From positions 1 through 33,887 of the forward strand of contig CAZVKM010000002.1 in the NCBI GenBank assembly GCA_964627685.1: a DNA stretch of 33,887 nt. Direction: 5' to 3'. Shown one piece after another: positions 1 to 6,644 of this stretch (positions are counted from its first letter, which is position 1; each line of letters opens with the position of its first letter). Made by a program: the position numbers and the translations under genes. The notes under the pieces were generated by a model. That model was not told the DNA's origin. It did not search any database and was given only the letters and a program-made list of their open reading frames with translations. This DNA is from an uncultured Solibacteraceae bacterium (lineage in GTDB: Bacteria > Acidobacteriota > Holophagae > Holophagales > Holophagaceae).

Positions 1-567
1 GGCGGTGCGGACGATGAAGCCCTCGGCGTCGGCCGCATGCATGCGGATGAGGTTGCGGAGGCGCTCCCGCTCCTCGGGGGCCGTGATCTTGCGGCTGATG
101 CCGATGGGGTCGATCCCGGGCATGTAGACCAGGAAGCGGCCGGGGACGCTCAGGTGGCGGGAGAGCCGGGGGCCCGTGGTGCCGATGGGGTCCTTCACCA
201 CCTGGACGAGGACTTCATCCCCCTCATGGAGGGGGGGCAGGGGGGGCGGGGGGGCCGGAAGCTCTTCGGGTTCCTCGCCGGGCTCCGCCTCCTCCTCCGT
301 CAGCTCCGAGCCGAGCCCGGCGGCCGCGAGGCGCTGGTTCACGGGATCGTCCAGGTAGAGGAACCCGTCCTTCTGGGTCCCGATGGCGATGAAGGCGCTC
401 TGCATCCCGGGGAGCAGCTTCGCCACCCGCCCCTTGAACACGTTGCCGACCAGGCTCTTGCTCGTGGCCCGCTCGATGAACAGCTCGCAGAGCTGACCGT
501 TCTCGAGCAGGGCGATGCGGGTCTCCATTGGGGTCGCATTGACCACCAGGGACTTCCGGACGTCCAT
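1..567 (-). CDS. rng: Ribonuclease E/G family protein, N-terminal part (gene runs off the left edge)
   Basis: Absent from the ORF track because there is no in-window stop. My reverse-strand translation from the ATG at 567 reads MDVRKSLVVNATPMETRIALLENGQLCELFIERATSKSLVGNVFKGRVAKLLPGMQSAFIAIGTQKDGFLY... This is the S1-domain signature of RNase G/E (GN.[FY]KG[RK]V...LPGMQ.AF.DIG). The frame stays open to position 1 and GC3 is high. Confidence 0.85.
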   Translation of the reverse strand, partial: MDVRKSLVVNATPMETRIALLENGQLCELFIERATSKSLVGNVFKGRVAKLLPGMQSAFIAIGTQKDGFLYLDDPVNQRLAAAGLGSELTEEEAEPGEEPEELPAPPPPLPPLHEGDEVLVQVVKDPIGTTGPRLSRHLSVPGRFLVYMPGIDPIGISRKITAPEERERLRNLIRMHAADAEGFIVRTA

Positions 568-698
568 GGGTTGTACCTCTCTTCGAACCCGGCCAAGGGG
601 GGACTCGCCCGCCTTCCCATTCCCCCAGAGGCCATGCCAGGCCACGGGGACCTTCTTTATACCACAGGCCCCCCGACGGACCGGGCCGTTTCCGCCCA

Positions 699-726
699 CC
701 GAACCTCCGGACGGCCCCATGCGTTC
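699..726 (+). promoter_or_regulatory. Candidate ECF-type promoter (GAAC -35, 17 nt spacer, CGTT -10) upstream of the ECF sigma gene
   Basis: ccGAACc at 699-705 and gCGTTc at 721-726. This resembles the AAC / CGT pattern typical of autoregulated ECF promoters. It sits about 27 nt upstream of the ATG at 753. Confidence 0.3.
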
Positions 727-752
727 ATACTCCTGTGGGAACCCCAGCGACC

Positions 753-1307
753 ATGGAACCGGCCGAACATCTCCGCCTCGTGCGCCAGGGGGACCCCCTG
801 GCCTGGGAGGCCTTCGTCCGGGAACACCAGGGCCGGGTCTTCGGCCTGGCCTACCACTACACCACCCATGCGGAGGACGCCCGGGACCTGGCCCAGGAGG
901 TCTTCGTCCGCATCTACCAGAATCTGGGGCGGATCCCGGAGGATGGGGGCCTGGTGCCCTGGCTGGTGACGCTCACCCGCAACGCCTGCATCGACTTCCT
1001 CCGCCGGCGTCAGGCCAGGCCCCCGGCCTGGGACCTGCCCGTGGAGGAGGTCTTCGGACTCGCCTCGGGGGAGGCGGGTCCCGAGGAAGCCCACCTGGAG
1101 GTGGCCCGGCGCCGGGGACTGCATCAGGCCCTCCGGGAGCTCACGGACCTGAACCGGGAAATGATCCTCCTGAAGGAGATCCAGGGCCTGGCCCTGGAGG
1201 AGATCGCCCGCCTGCTGGGCGTGCCGCTGGGCACCGTGAAGTCGAGGTCCAACCGGGCCCGCCTGGAGCTGGCGGAGAAGCTCACCGCCCTGGGCTGGGG
1301 AGGCTGA
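753..1307 (+). CDS. ECF (sigma-70 family, group 4) RNA polymerase sigma factor
   Basis: Region 2 pattern: DLAQEVFVRIYQNL...PWLVTLTRNACIDFLRRR. Region 4 helix-turn-helix: LNREMILLKEIQGLALEEIARLLGVPLGTVKSRSNRARLEL. Start taken at the ATG at 753; the track starts at GTG 735, which is also possible. Confidence 0.9.
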   Translation: MEPAEHLRLVRQGDPLAWEAFVREHQGRVFGLAYHYTTHAEDARDLAQEVFVRIYQNLGRIPEDGGLVPWLVTLTRNACIDFLRRRQARPPAWDLPVEEVFGLASGEAGPEEAHLEVARRRGLHQALRELTDLNREMILLKEIQGLALEEIARLLGVPLGTVKSRSNRARLELAEKLTALGWGG

Positions 1308-1309
1308 CC

Positions 1310-1870
1310 ATGGATCCGAACCTGCACCTCGATCTGACCCGCGCCATCCTCGCCCGCACGAGCGGCGGCAGCTGCCTGGCCCTGCGGGAACAGGCCTGCG
1401 CTTACGTGGACGGGGAGCTCGATCCCCTCCGGAAGGAGCTCCTGGAGGCCCACCTCCCCCATTGCCCCGCCTGCGCGGGGCTGGTGGCCACCCTCCGGGC
1501 CGCGGAGCGGGACCTGCCGGCCCTGCGGGCGGCGGAGCCCGGTCCCTGGTTCACGCAGCGGATCCTCCGGGCCTGCCGGCCAGCACCTATGGCCAGCCTC
1601 TGGAGCCGCCTCCTCCACCGGCCGCGCTTCGCCCTGGAGGCGGCCTACGTGGGGGCGGCCCTGGCCTTCCTCCTCCTGATGTGGCCCCTCCCGGGGCGGC
1701 CCGGGGGCCTGGGTGCGGCCCCCGTGAAGGGGTGGGTCCAGGCCACGCGGCCCGGGGTCGGAGCCCTGGGGCAGGGCCTCCATGCGGTGGCGGAGGCCCT
1801 GTCGATGAAGGAGGGCCCCGGAGCGCCCGCCACCGAACCCGCCAAGGCCCCGGCGCGTTCTGATTCCTAG
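1310..1870 (+). CDS. Anti-sigma factor, zf-HC2 type, single-pass membrane protein
   Basis: Starts 2 nt after the sigma gene stop. Has the H-x3-C-x2-C motif (HLPHCPAC) and a central hydrophobic helix (ALEAAYVGAALAFLLLMWPL). The track ORF 515-1870 is this frame with a spurious N-terminal extension. Confidence 0.8.
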   Translation: MDPNLHLDLTRAILARTSGGSCLALREQACAYVDGELDPLRKELLEAHLPHCPACAGLVATLRAAERDLPALRAAEPGPWFTQRILRACRPAPMASLWSRLLHRPRFALEAAYVGAALAFLLLMWPLPGRPGGLGAAPVKGWVQATRPGVGALGQGLHAVAEALSMKEGPGAPATEPAKAPARSDS

Positions 1871-1911
1871 TGACGCCGCCTTCACCCCTTCCCATGATTC
1901 CCGGAGTTCCC

Positions 1912-2448
1912 ATGTCCCTTGAGCCCCAGACCGACGCCCGCCCGACCGAAGCGACCGGTCGCCCCGATCCGCGCCTCTGCTCCCCGAAGCTGGCCCTCGC
2001 CCTGTCCATCCTCCCCGGCTTGGGGCAGGTCTACCTGGGCTACCCCCGGCGGGGGCTGGCCCAGATCCTGATCGTGGGAACCCTGGTCTCCATCCTCTCC
2101 GCGGAACTGCACCTGCGCATGGAGCCCCTCCTCACCCTCCTGCTGATCTTCACCCTGCTGCACAACCTCGTGGATGCCTACCGCCGCGCTGTGCTCCTGC
2201 GCGATGCGCTGAATGGTCTGGAGACCGTGCCGCCCCCCCTGGGCTGGGGCACCTTCCCGGCCGCGGGTCGCCTGCTCGCGGGGCTGGTGCTGATGGTCGC
2301 CGGTACCATGGCCCTCCTGCACCTCCGCTTCGGAGTGTCCTTCGCCTGGGTGTGGGACTGGTGGCCCGTGGGCTTCATCCTCCTGGGCGCGCTGTTGCTC
2401 TCCCAGGCCCTGAGGGACCGCGCCGCGGAAGCCGCCGCCAAGCCCTGA
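1912..2448 (+). CDS. Integral membrane protein of unknown function (4 predicted TM helices)
   Basis: Hydrophobic segments LALALSILPGLGQVYLGY, ILIVGTLVSILSA, LLAGLVLMVAGTMALL and WWPVGFILLGALLL. GGAG lies 5 nt upstream of the ATG at 1912; the ATG at 1894 or GTG at 1870 are alternatives. Immediately follows the anti-sigma gene. Confidence 0.65.
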   Translation: MSLEPQTDARPTEATGRPDPRLCSPKLALALSILPGLGQVYLGYPRRGLAQILIVGTLVSILSAELHLRMEPLLTLLLIFTLLHNLVDAYRRAVLLRDALNGLETVPPPLGWGTFPAAGRLLAGLVLMVAGTMALLHLRFGVSFAWVWDWWPVGFILLGALLLSQALRDRAAEAAAKP

Positions 2449-2517
2449 CCCGACCCTCTACCGATTCCTCTCCTCCACGGGCGTGGCCGAAGGCCTGCCC
2501 CACGCAAGGACCTTCCG

Positions 2518-3804
2518 ATGCATCCCTTCCCTCCGGCCCTCGTCCTCCTCGGGGCCCTCAGCAGCAGCCTGCCCGCCCAGACCCCCGCCCCACCGGCTCC
2601 CGTCGAGCTCAAGGGATTCGCGGCTACCCTGGAGCGCCTGAGCCAGCGAGGCACCTTCAACGGCGTGGCCCTGGTCGCCCAAGGCGACCGGATCCTGATC
2701 CAGAAGGCCCAGGGCCTGGCGGATCTGGCCCACGGCGAGCCCAACGGGCCCGGCACGAAGTTCAACCTGGCTTCCGTGGGCAAGCTCTTCACGGCCGTGT
2801 CGATCCTGCAGCTGGTGCAGGCGGGCCAAATCTCCCTCGAGGCCCCCGTGGGCCGGTACCTGCCCGACTACCCCAACTCCGCCGTGCGGGACTCGGTTAC
2901 GGTCCGCCACCTGCTGAACCACGCCAGTGGGCTGGATGACTTCTTCACCGAGGCCTTCGAGGCCGCCAGCAAGGATCGCTTCCGGAACCCCAGCGATTTC
3001 CTCCCCCTGTTCGCCGGGAAGCCGCTCCTGTTCACCCCGGGAACCGATGATCGGTACAGCAACGCCGGGTTCCTGGTGCTGGGCCTGATCGTGGAGCGTG
3101 TGAGCGGTGCCTCCTACTTCGACTATGTGGCGAAGCACATCTTCGAGCCCGCGGGGATGACGGGGGCTGGCTTCGACGAGGCGGACCTCCCCTCCCCCCA
3201 CCTCGCCACGGGGTACTTCCCGGCCAAGGGGCGCCCCGGACGCTGGCAGAGCAACCTCTTCCAACATGTGGTGAAGGGGGGGCCCGCGGGTGGGGGCTAC
3301 GCCACGGCCGCCGACATGCTCCACTTCATTCGCGCCCTGGTCGGGGGGAAGCTGCTGGATGCCGCTCACACGCGCCTGGCCCTGACGCCCTCCGAGGACC
3401 GCCGCGGCGCGTCCTACGGGGTGGTCCGCGTGAAGGACCGCACCATCTACGGCCACTCGGGAGGCTTCGCGGGCATCGGGGCGAGCGTGAACCACGGCCT
3501 CGAGTCGGGCCTGACGGTGATCCTCTTCAGCAACCAGGATCGGGCGGACTGGGCCCTCCTGGAGGCGGCGGCCCAGCGCCTCCTGGTCGGGGAGCTGCCC
3601 CACCATGCGGCCCTGGACTTCACCCGGAAGGTGGCGGACCTCGCCCCGGCGGCGGGCGCCGAGGCCGCCTCGGCGCACCTCCGCGCCCATCCAGAGGGTC
3701 AGCTGATGGCGCCGTTCCTGAAGGACCTGGTGGACGAGGCGGTCTGGGAGGGGCGGGAGCCCTACGCCAGCGCCCTGAAGCGCCTCCTGCCCTCCGCCCC
3801 CTGA
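2518..3804 (+). CDS. Secreted serine hydrolase, beta-lactamase / penicillin-binding-protein family
   Basis: Signal peptide (MHPFPPALVLLGALSSSLPAQ). Has S-x-x-K (SVGKLF), Y-x-N (YSNAGF) and an H-x-G box (HSGGFAG). Confidence 0.85.
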   Translation: MHPFPPALVLLGALSSSLPAQTPAPPAPVELKGFAATLERLSQRGTFNGVALVAQGDRILIQKAQGLADLAHGEPNGPGTKFNLASVGKLFTAVSILQLVQAGQISLEAPVGRYLPDYPNSAVRDSVTVRHLLNHASGLDDFFTEAFEAASKDRFRNPSDFLPLFAGKPLLFTPGTDDRYSNAGFLVLGLIVERVSGASYFDYVAKHIFEPAGMTGAGFDEADLPSPHLATGYFPAKGRPGRWQSNLFQHVVKGGPAGGGYATAADMLHFIRALVGGKLLDAAHTRLALTPSEDRRGASYGVVRVKDRTIYGHSGGFAGIGASVNHGLESGLTVILFSNQDRADWALLEAAAQRLLVGELPHHAALDFTRKVADLAPAAGAEAASAHLRAHPEGQLMAPFLKDLVDEAVWEGREPYASALKRLLPSAP

Positions 3805-3875
3805 TCGGACCCCAGGTCCCTGTCGATTCCCCACCCCGGGTCAGGCCCGAGGCCTGCCCACCTTCCGGAGCTTCC

Positions 3876-4385
3876 ATGCCCACACCCGCCCTGCTCGCCC
3901 CCGCCCTCGTGGCGCTCCTCGCCAGCCCCGCCGCCGACCGCGGCCCCTCCACGCCCGACGAGCGGGCCCGGGTGCTGCGCCTCGCCGAGGACCTCGCCAA
4001 GGATCCCCTCAAGGCCCAGGCCGCGGAGGGGCGCTGGTTCGCCAAGTGGCTGGACGAGGTGCCCGATTTCATGTTCGGGCCCGAAGCGCCCGCCCGCTGG
4101 ATGGAGGGCGCTGTGAAGGCGGATTTCCGCCGCACGGCCATCTTCAGCTACATGGTGGGCGGCGTCTCCCACATGATCCAGCATGGGATCCCCGATCCCA
4201 CCAAGGCCCCGGACAAGGGCCTGGCCGTCCACACCGCCGCCCTTGAGCGGGTGGTGCGGGCCTACGCTGCCGTGCGTGAGGGCAGGCCCGAGCTGCGCAC
4301 GGAGCCGATGGACGAAGCCCTGGCCCGCCTGAATGCAGGCACCTTCCCCGCCTTCGTGCAGGGGCTGTTCGGGAAGGCGAAGTGA
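3876..4385 (+). CDS. Secreted hypothetical protein
   Basis: N-terminal signal-like segment MPTPALLAPALVALLASPAA. GGAG lies 5 nt upstream. Composition is protein-like. The stop overlaps the next gene's GTG (GTGA). I recognise no family motif. Confidence 0.6.
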   Translation: MPTPALLAPALVALLASPAADRGPSTPDERARVLRLAEDLAKDPLKAQAAEGRWFAKWLDEVPDFMFGPEAPARWMEGAVKADFRRTAIFSYMVGGVSHMIQHGIPDPTKAPDKGLAVHTAALERVVRAYAAVREGRPELRTEPMDEALARLNAGTFPAFVQGLFGKAK

Positions 4386-5719
4386 GGTTCCTGGTCGGGG
4401 CGCTCGCCGCACTCACCCTGGCGGCGCAGGAGGCGCCCGCCCGCCTCCTGGCGGAGATCCAGGCCCACGCGGCACTGCGGCCGAACCTGGAGGCCCTCTG
4501 CGACGACGTCGGGCCGCGCCTCACGGGCTCGCCTGGGCTCGAGCGGGCCCAGGCCTGGGCCATGGCCACCCTGCGCCGCGGCGGTGCGGAGCAGGTGCAC
4601 CTGGAGTCCTACGACCTGGGCCGTCCCTGGCGCCGGGGCGTGGCCCGGGCCCGGCTCCTCAACGCCCACGGGGGCGCCCTGTCCATCGCCCAGTGGGGGT
4701 GGACGGAGGGGACGAAGGGGGTGGTGCGGGGCGACGTGGTCCTCCTGGAAACCCCCACGCTCCGGGACTTCGAAGCGATGGCTCCGCGGCTCCGTGGCAA
4801 GGTGGTGCTCGTGAAGACCCGGCCCCGGGCCACGCCCGAGGAGCGCAAGGACCTGAAGGCCTACTGGGCGCGCCTCACGAAGGCCTGGCGAAGCGTGCCC
4901 TTCGCCCTCGTGCTGGTCCCCTCTGAGAAGGCCGCGGGCCTCTCCGACATGGCCGGGGGCCCCGACTTCCTCTACACCTCGCGCACCGCCTTCATCTCCG
5001 CGGAGCATGCGGCCCAGCTCCGGAGGCTCATCGCCCGGGGGATCGTGCCCCGGGTGGAGGCTGAGCTGGGCGGCGGCTTCGGCCCGAAGCCCGTGAAGGC
5101 GGGCAACGTGGTGGCGGAGCTGCCCGGGTCGGAACATCCGGAGGAGGTGGTGATCCTCGGGGCCCACCTGGATGCCTGGGATCTGGGCAATGGCGCCACG
5201 GACAACGGCGCGGGCGTGGTGGCCCTGATGGAGGTGCTGCGAGCCGTGAAGGCGGCCGGGCTGCGGCCGAAGCGGACCCTGCGCCTCGTGCTCTTCTCTG
5301 GCGAGGAGCAGGGCTGCCTGGGTAGCAAGGCCTACCTGGCCGCGCACCGGTCGGAGCTGGAGCGCACCCAGGCGGTGCTCGTGATGGATGCCGGCAGTGG
5401 TCGCATCACCGCCATGGCCGATGGCCAGGTGGATGCCTGGGCGGAGCGGCTGCAGGCGATCCTCGGGGACCTCCCCGTGGACTACGCCCGGCCCGGCGGC
5501 AGCGACCAGGAGACCTTCCGGAAGGCGGGGATCCCCGCCTTCAGCCCCCAGCAGGAGCCGCTGGACTACTGGACCCACACCCAGCACACCCCGCTGGACA
5601 CCGTGGACCACGTGGTGGAGGCGGACCTCCTCCAGGCCACGCAGGTCATGGCCCTCGCCGCCTGGGGCCTCCTCAACGGCCCGCGGCTCCCGCACGTGGC
5701 GCCGGATCCGGGGTTCTAA
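4382..5719 (+). CDS. M28 family metallopeptidase (aminopeptidase-like) with PA-type insert
   Basis: Signal peptide present. Metal-site blocks AHLDAWDLGNGATDNGAG and FSGEEQGCLGS are present. The C-terminal block reads GGSDQETFRKAGIP where I expect SDH. Confidence 0.8.
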   Translation: MRFLVGALAALTLAAQEAPARLLAEIQAHAALRPNLEALCDDVGPRLTGSPGLERAQAWAMATLRRGGAEQVHLESYDLGRPWRRGVARARLLNAHGGALSIAQWGWTEGTKGVVRGDVVLLETPTLRDFEAMAPRLRGKVVLVKTRPRATPEERKDLKAYWARLTKAWRSVPFALVLVPSEKAAGLSDMAGGPDFLYTSRTAFISAEHAAQLRRLIARGIVPRVEAELGGGFGPKPVKAGNVVAELPGSEHPEEVVILGAHLDAWDLGNGATDNGAGVVALMEVLRAVKAAGLRPKRTLRLVLFSGEEQGCLGSKAYLAAHRSELERTQAVLVMDAGSGRITAMADGQVDAWAERLQAILGDLPVDYARPGGSDQETFRKAGIPAFSPQQEPLDYWTHTQHTPLDTVDHVVEADLLQATQVMALAAWGLLNGPRLPHVAPDPGF

Positions 5720-5727
5720 AAGAAGAA

Positions 5728-5744
5728 CGCAAATGGCGCGAATG
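5728..5744. repeat. Two tandem 9-mers of the CGCGAAT repeat family (CGCAAATG GCGCGAATG)
   Basis: Read directly. Inverse complement of the copies at 5976-5992. Confidence 0.7.
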
Positions 5745-5792
5745 GATCCTGGCGTGAAAGCCCTCCGGCCTGCGTCCGCTTAGGTGGACGCA

Positions 5793-5849
5793 CTTCCGGG
5801 GGCGGGGGGGGGATGGCCCCTGAAGCCATCGTTCGCCCGCCCCCGGAAG
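5793..5849. other. Perfect 14-bp stem (CTTCCGGGGGCGGG / CCCGCCCCCGGAAG) enclosing a 6-bp hairpin and a G9 tract
   Basis: 5793-5806 pairs with 5836-5849. The inner hairpin is GATGGC 5812-5817 with GCCATC 5825-5830. Flanked by hairpin 5772-5791 and closed by CCCTCC 5761-5766 with GGAGGG 5850-5855. Confidence 0.6.
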
Positions 5850-5940
5850 GGAGGGCTGGGCCAGGTGGAATGGCGGGGCTCCTGGTTTGGAGTGCCGGCG
5901 TGGATTTGGCCCCATCAGATCATGCCGGTCCACGATGCAC

Positions 5941-5982
5941 GCGAATGAAGGTCGAAGCACCTCTGCCTCGACCTTCATTCGC
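5941..5982. terminator. 15-bp perfect hairpin between convergent genes (candidate terminator for panD and/or the M28 gene)
   Basis: GCGAATGAAGGTCGA (5941-5955), 12-nt loop, TCGACCTTCATTCGC (5968-5982). The stem base is itself the GCGAATG repeat motif. No U-tract. Confidence 0.5.
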
Positions 5983-6027
5983 GCCATTCGCGTGGCCCGA
6001 AGGGCCCCTTCGCGCTATTCGCGTTCC
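5976..6027. repeat. CGCGAAT-family repeat array, inverted orientation, interrupted by a GGCCC-GAA-GGGCC hairpin
   Basis: CATTCGCGCCATTCGCG (5976-5992) is identical to 33484-33500. CGCGCTATTCGCGTTCC (6011-6027) is the exact reverse complement of 33361-33377. Confidence 0.8.
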
Positions 6028-6033
6028 AATCGT

Positions 6034-6432
6034 TTAAACCGCGAAGGCGTCTTCCAGGTGCGGGGTGCGCTCCTGGGCCTCCTTGGAGGTGATGCGATTG
6101 CGCTCATCCACGAACACGACCTTGGGCACGCGGGTGGCGTTCTCCTCCTCGGTCATCCAGCCGTAGTTGGCGATGATCACCAGGTCGCCCTTGGTGACCA
6201 GGTGGGCGGCGGCGCCGTTGATCCCCACCTCGCCGCTGCCGGGGACGCCCGGGATCACGTAGGTGCTGATGCGGGAGCCGTTGGTGACGTCGTAGATGTC
6301 CACCTTCTCCCCCTCCAGGAAGCCGGCGGCCTCGATGAGCAGGGGGTCGATGGTGATGGAGCCCACGTAGTCCAGGTCCGCGCGGGTCACAGTGGCGCGG
6401 TGGATCTTCCCAAGCAGGAAATGTCGAAGCAT
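6034..6432 (-). CDS. panD: Aspartate 1-decarboxylase proenzyme
   Basis: [60 protein letters not shown]... includes the Gly-Ser self-processing site (VGSITID). GGAGGA lies upstream of the ATG at 6432. The 53-aa N-terminal extension in the track was rejected. Confidence 0.92.
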   Translation of the reverse strand: MLRHFLLGKIHRATVTRADLDYVGSITIDPLLIEAAGFLEGEKVDIYDVTNGSRISTYVIPGVPGSGEVGINGAAAHLVTKGDLVIIANYGWMTEEENATRVPKVVFVDERNRITSKEAQERTPHLEDAFAV

Positions 6433-6644
6433 CGGTCCTCCGGTCCAGGCCACCCTTCGAGGGGGTCCCGGCCAACAGATAAGGATGGGGCCGTCCGGAG
6501 GGTTTTTCCAGTGTCGGAATCTTCCCAGTCGGCTCCTCTGAGGCGCCTTTGGGTGCAAAGAATTCACGCTTTTTAACAACAATTCGCACACGTCATTCGA
6601 GGCTGGGGGCTAGCCTGCAGGCCAACCCTCCCGAAAGGACCGAC

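Noticed and set aside
228-256. G-run cluster (G7-CA-G6-C-G7) with G-quadruplex potential.
   Set aside because: It lies inside the rng coding region and encodes a proline-rich linker (PPPPLPPL) on the other strand. Composition-driven, with no independent evidence of function.
37-969. 310-aa plus-strand ORF at the left edge, and the N-terminal 265 aa of ORF 515-1870.
   Set aside because: The translations are Gly/Arg/Pro-rich nonsense. This region is covered by the minus-strand RNase E/G gene (1-567) and the ECF sigma gene. The real anti-sigma start is the ATG at 1310.
2488-2517. Shared leader motif (A/G)AGGCCTGCCC(C)AC about 15-25 nt upstream of the start codons of both the beta-lactamase-family gene (2518) and the secreted hypothetical gene (3876; motif at 3850-3862).
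   Set aside because: Only a 10-nt exact core in GC-rich sequence, so a chance match cannot be excluded without a genome-wide count. Recorded but not claimed as regulatory.
5673-6576. ORFs 5673-5987(-), 5813-6037(+), 5887-6576(+), and 33391-33819(+) beginning MARM/MECRR.
   Set aside because: They run through the CGCGAAT repeat arrays and hairpins (ATGGCGCGAATG reads as M-A-R-M) or antisense to panD. They have no RBS and no protein-like composition.
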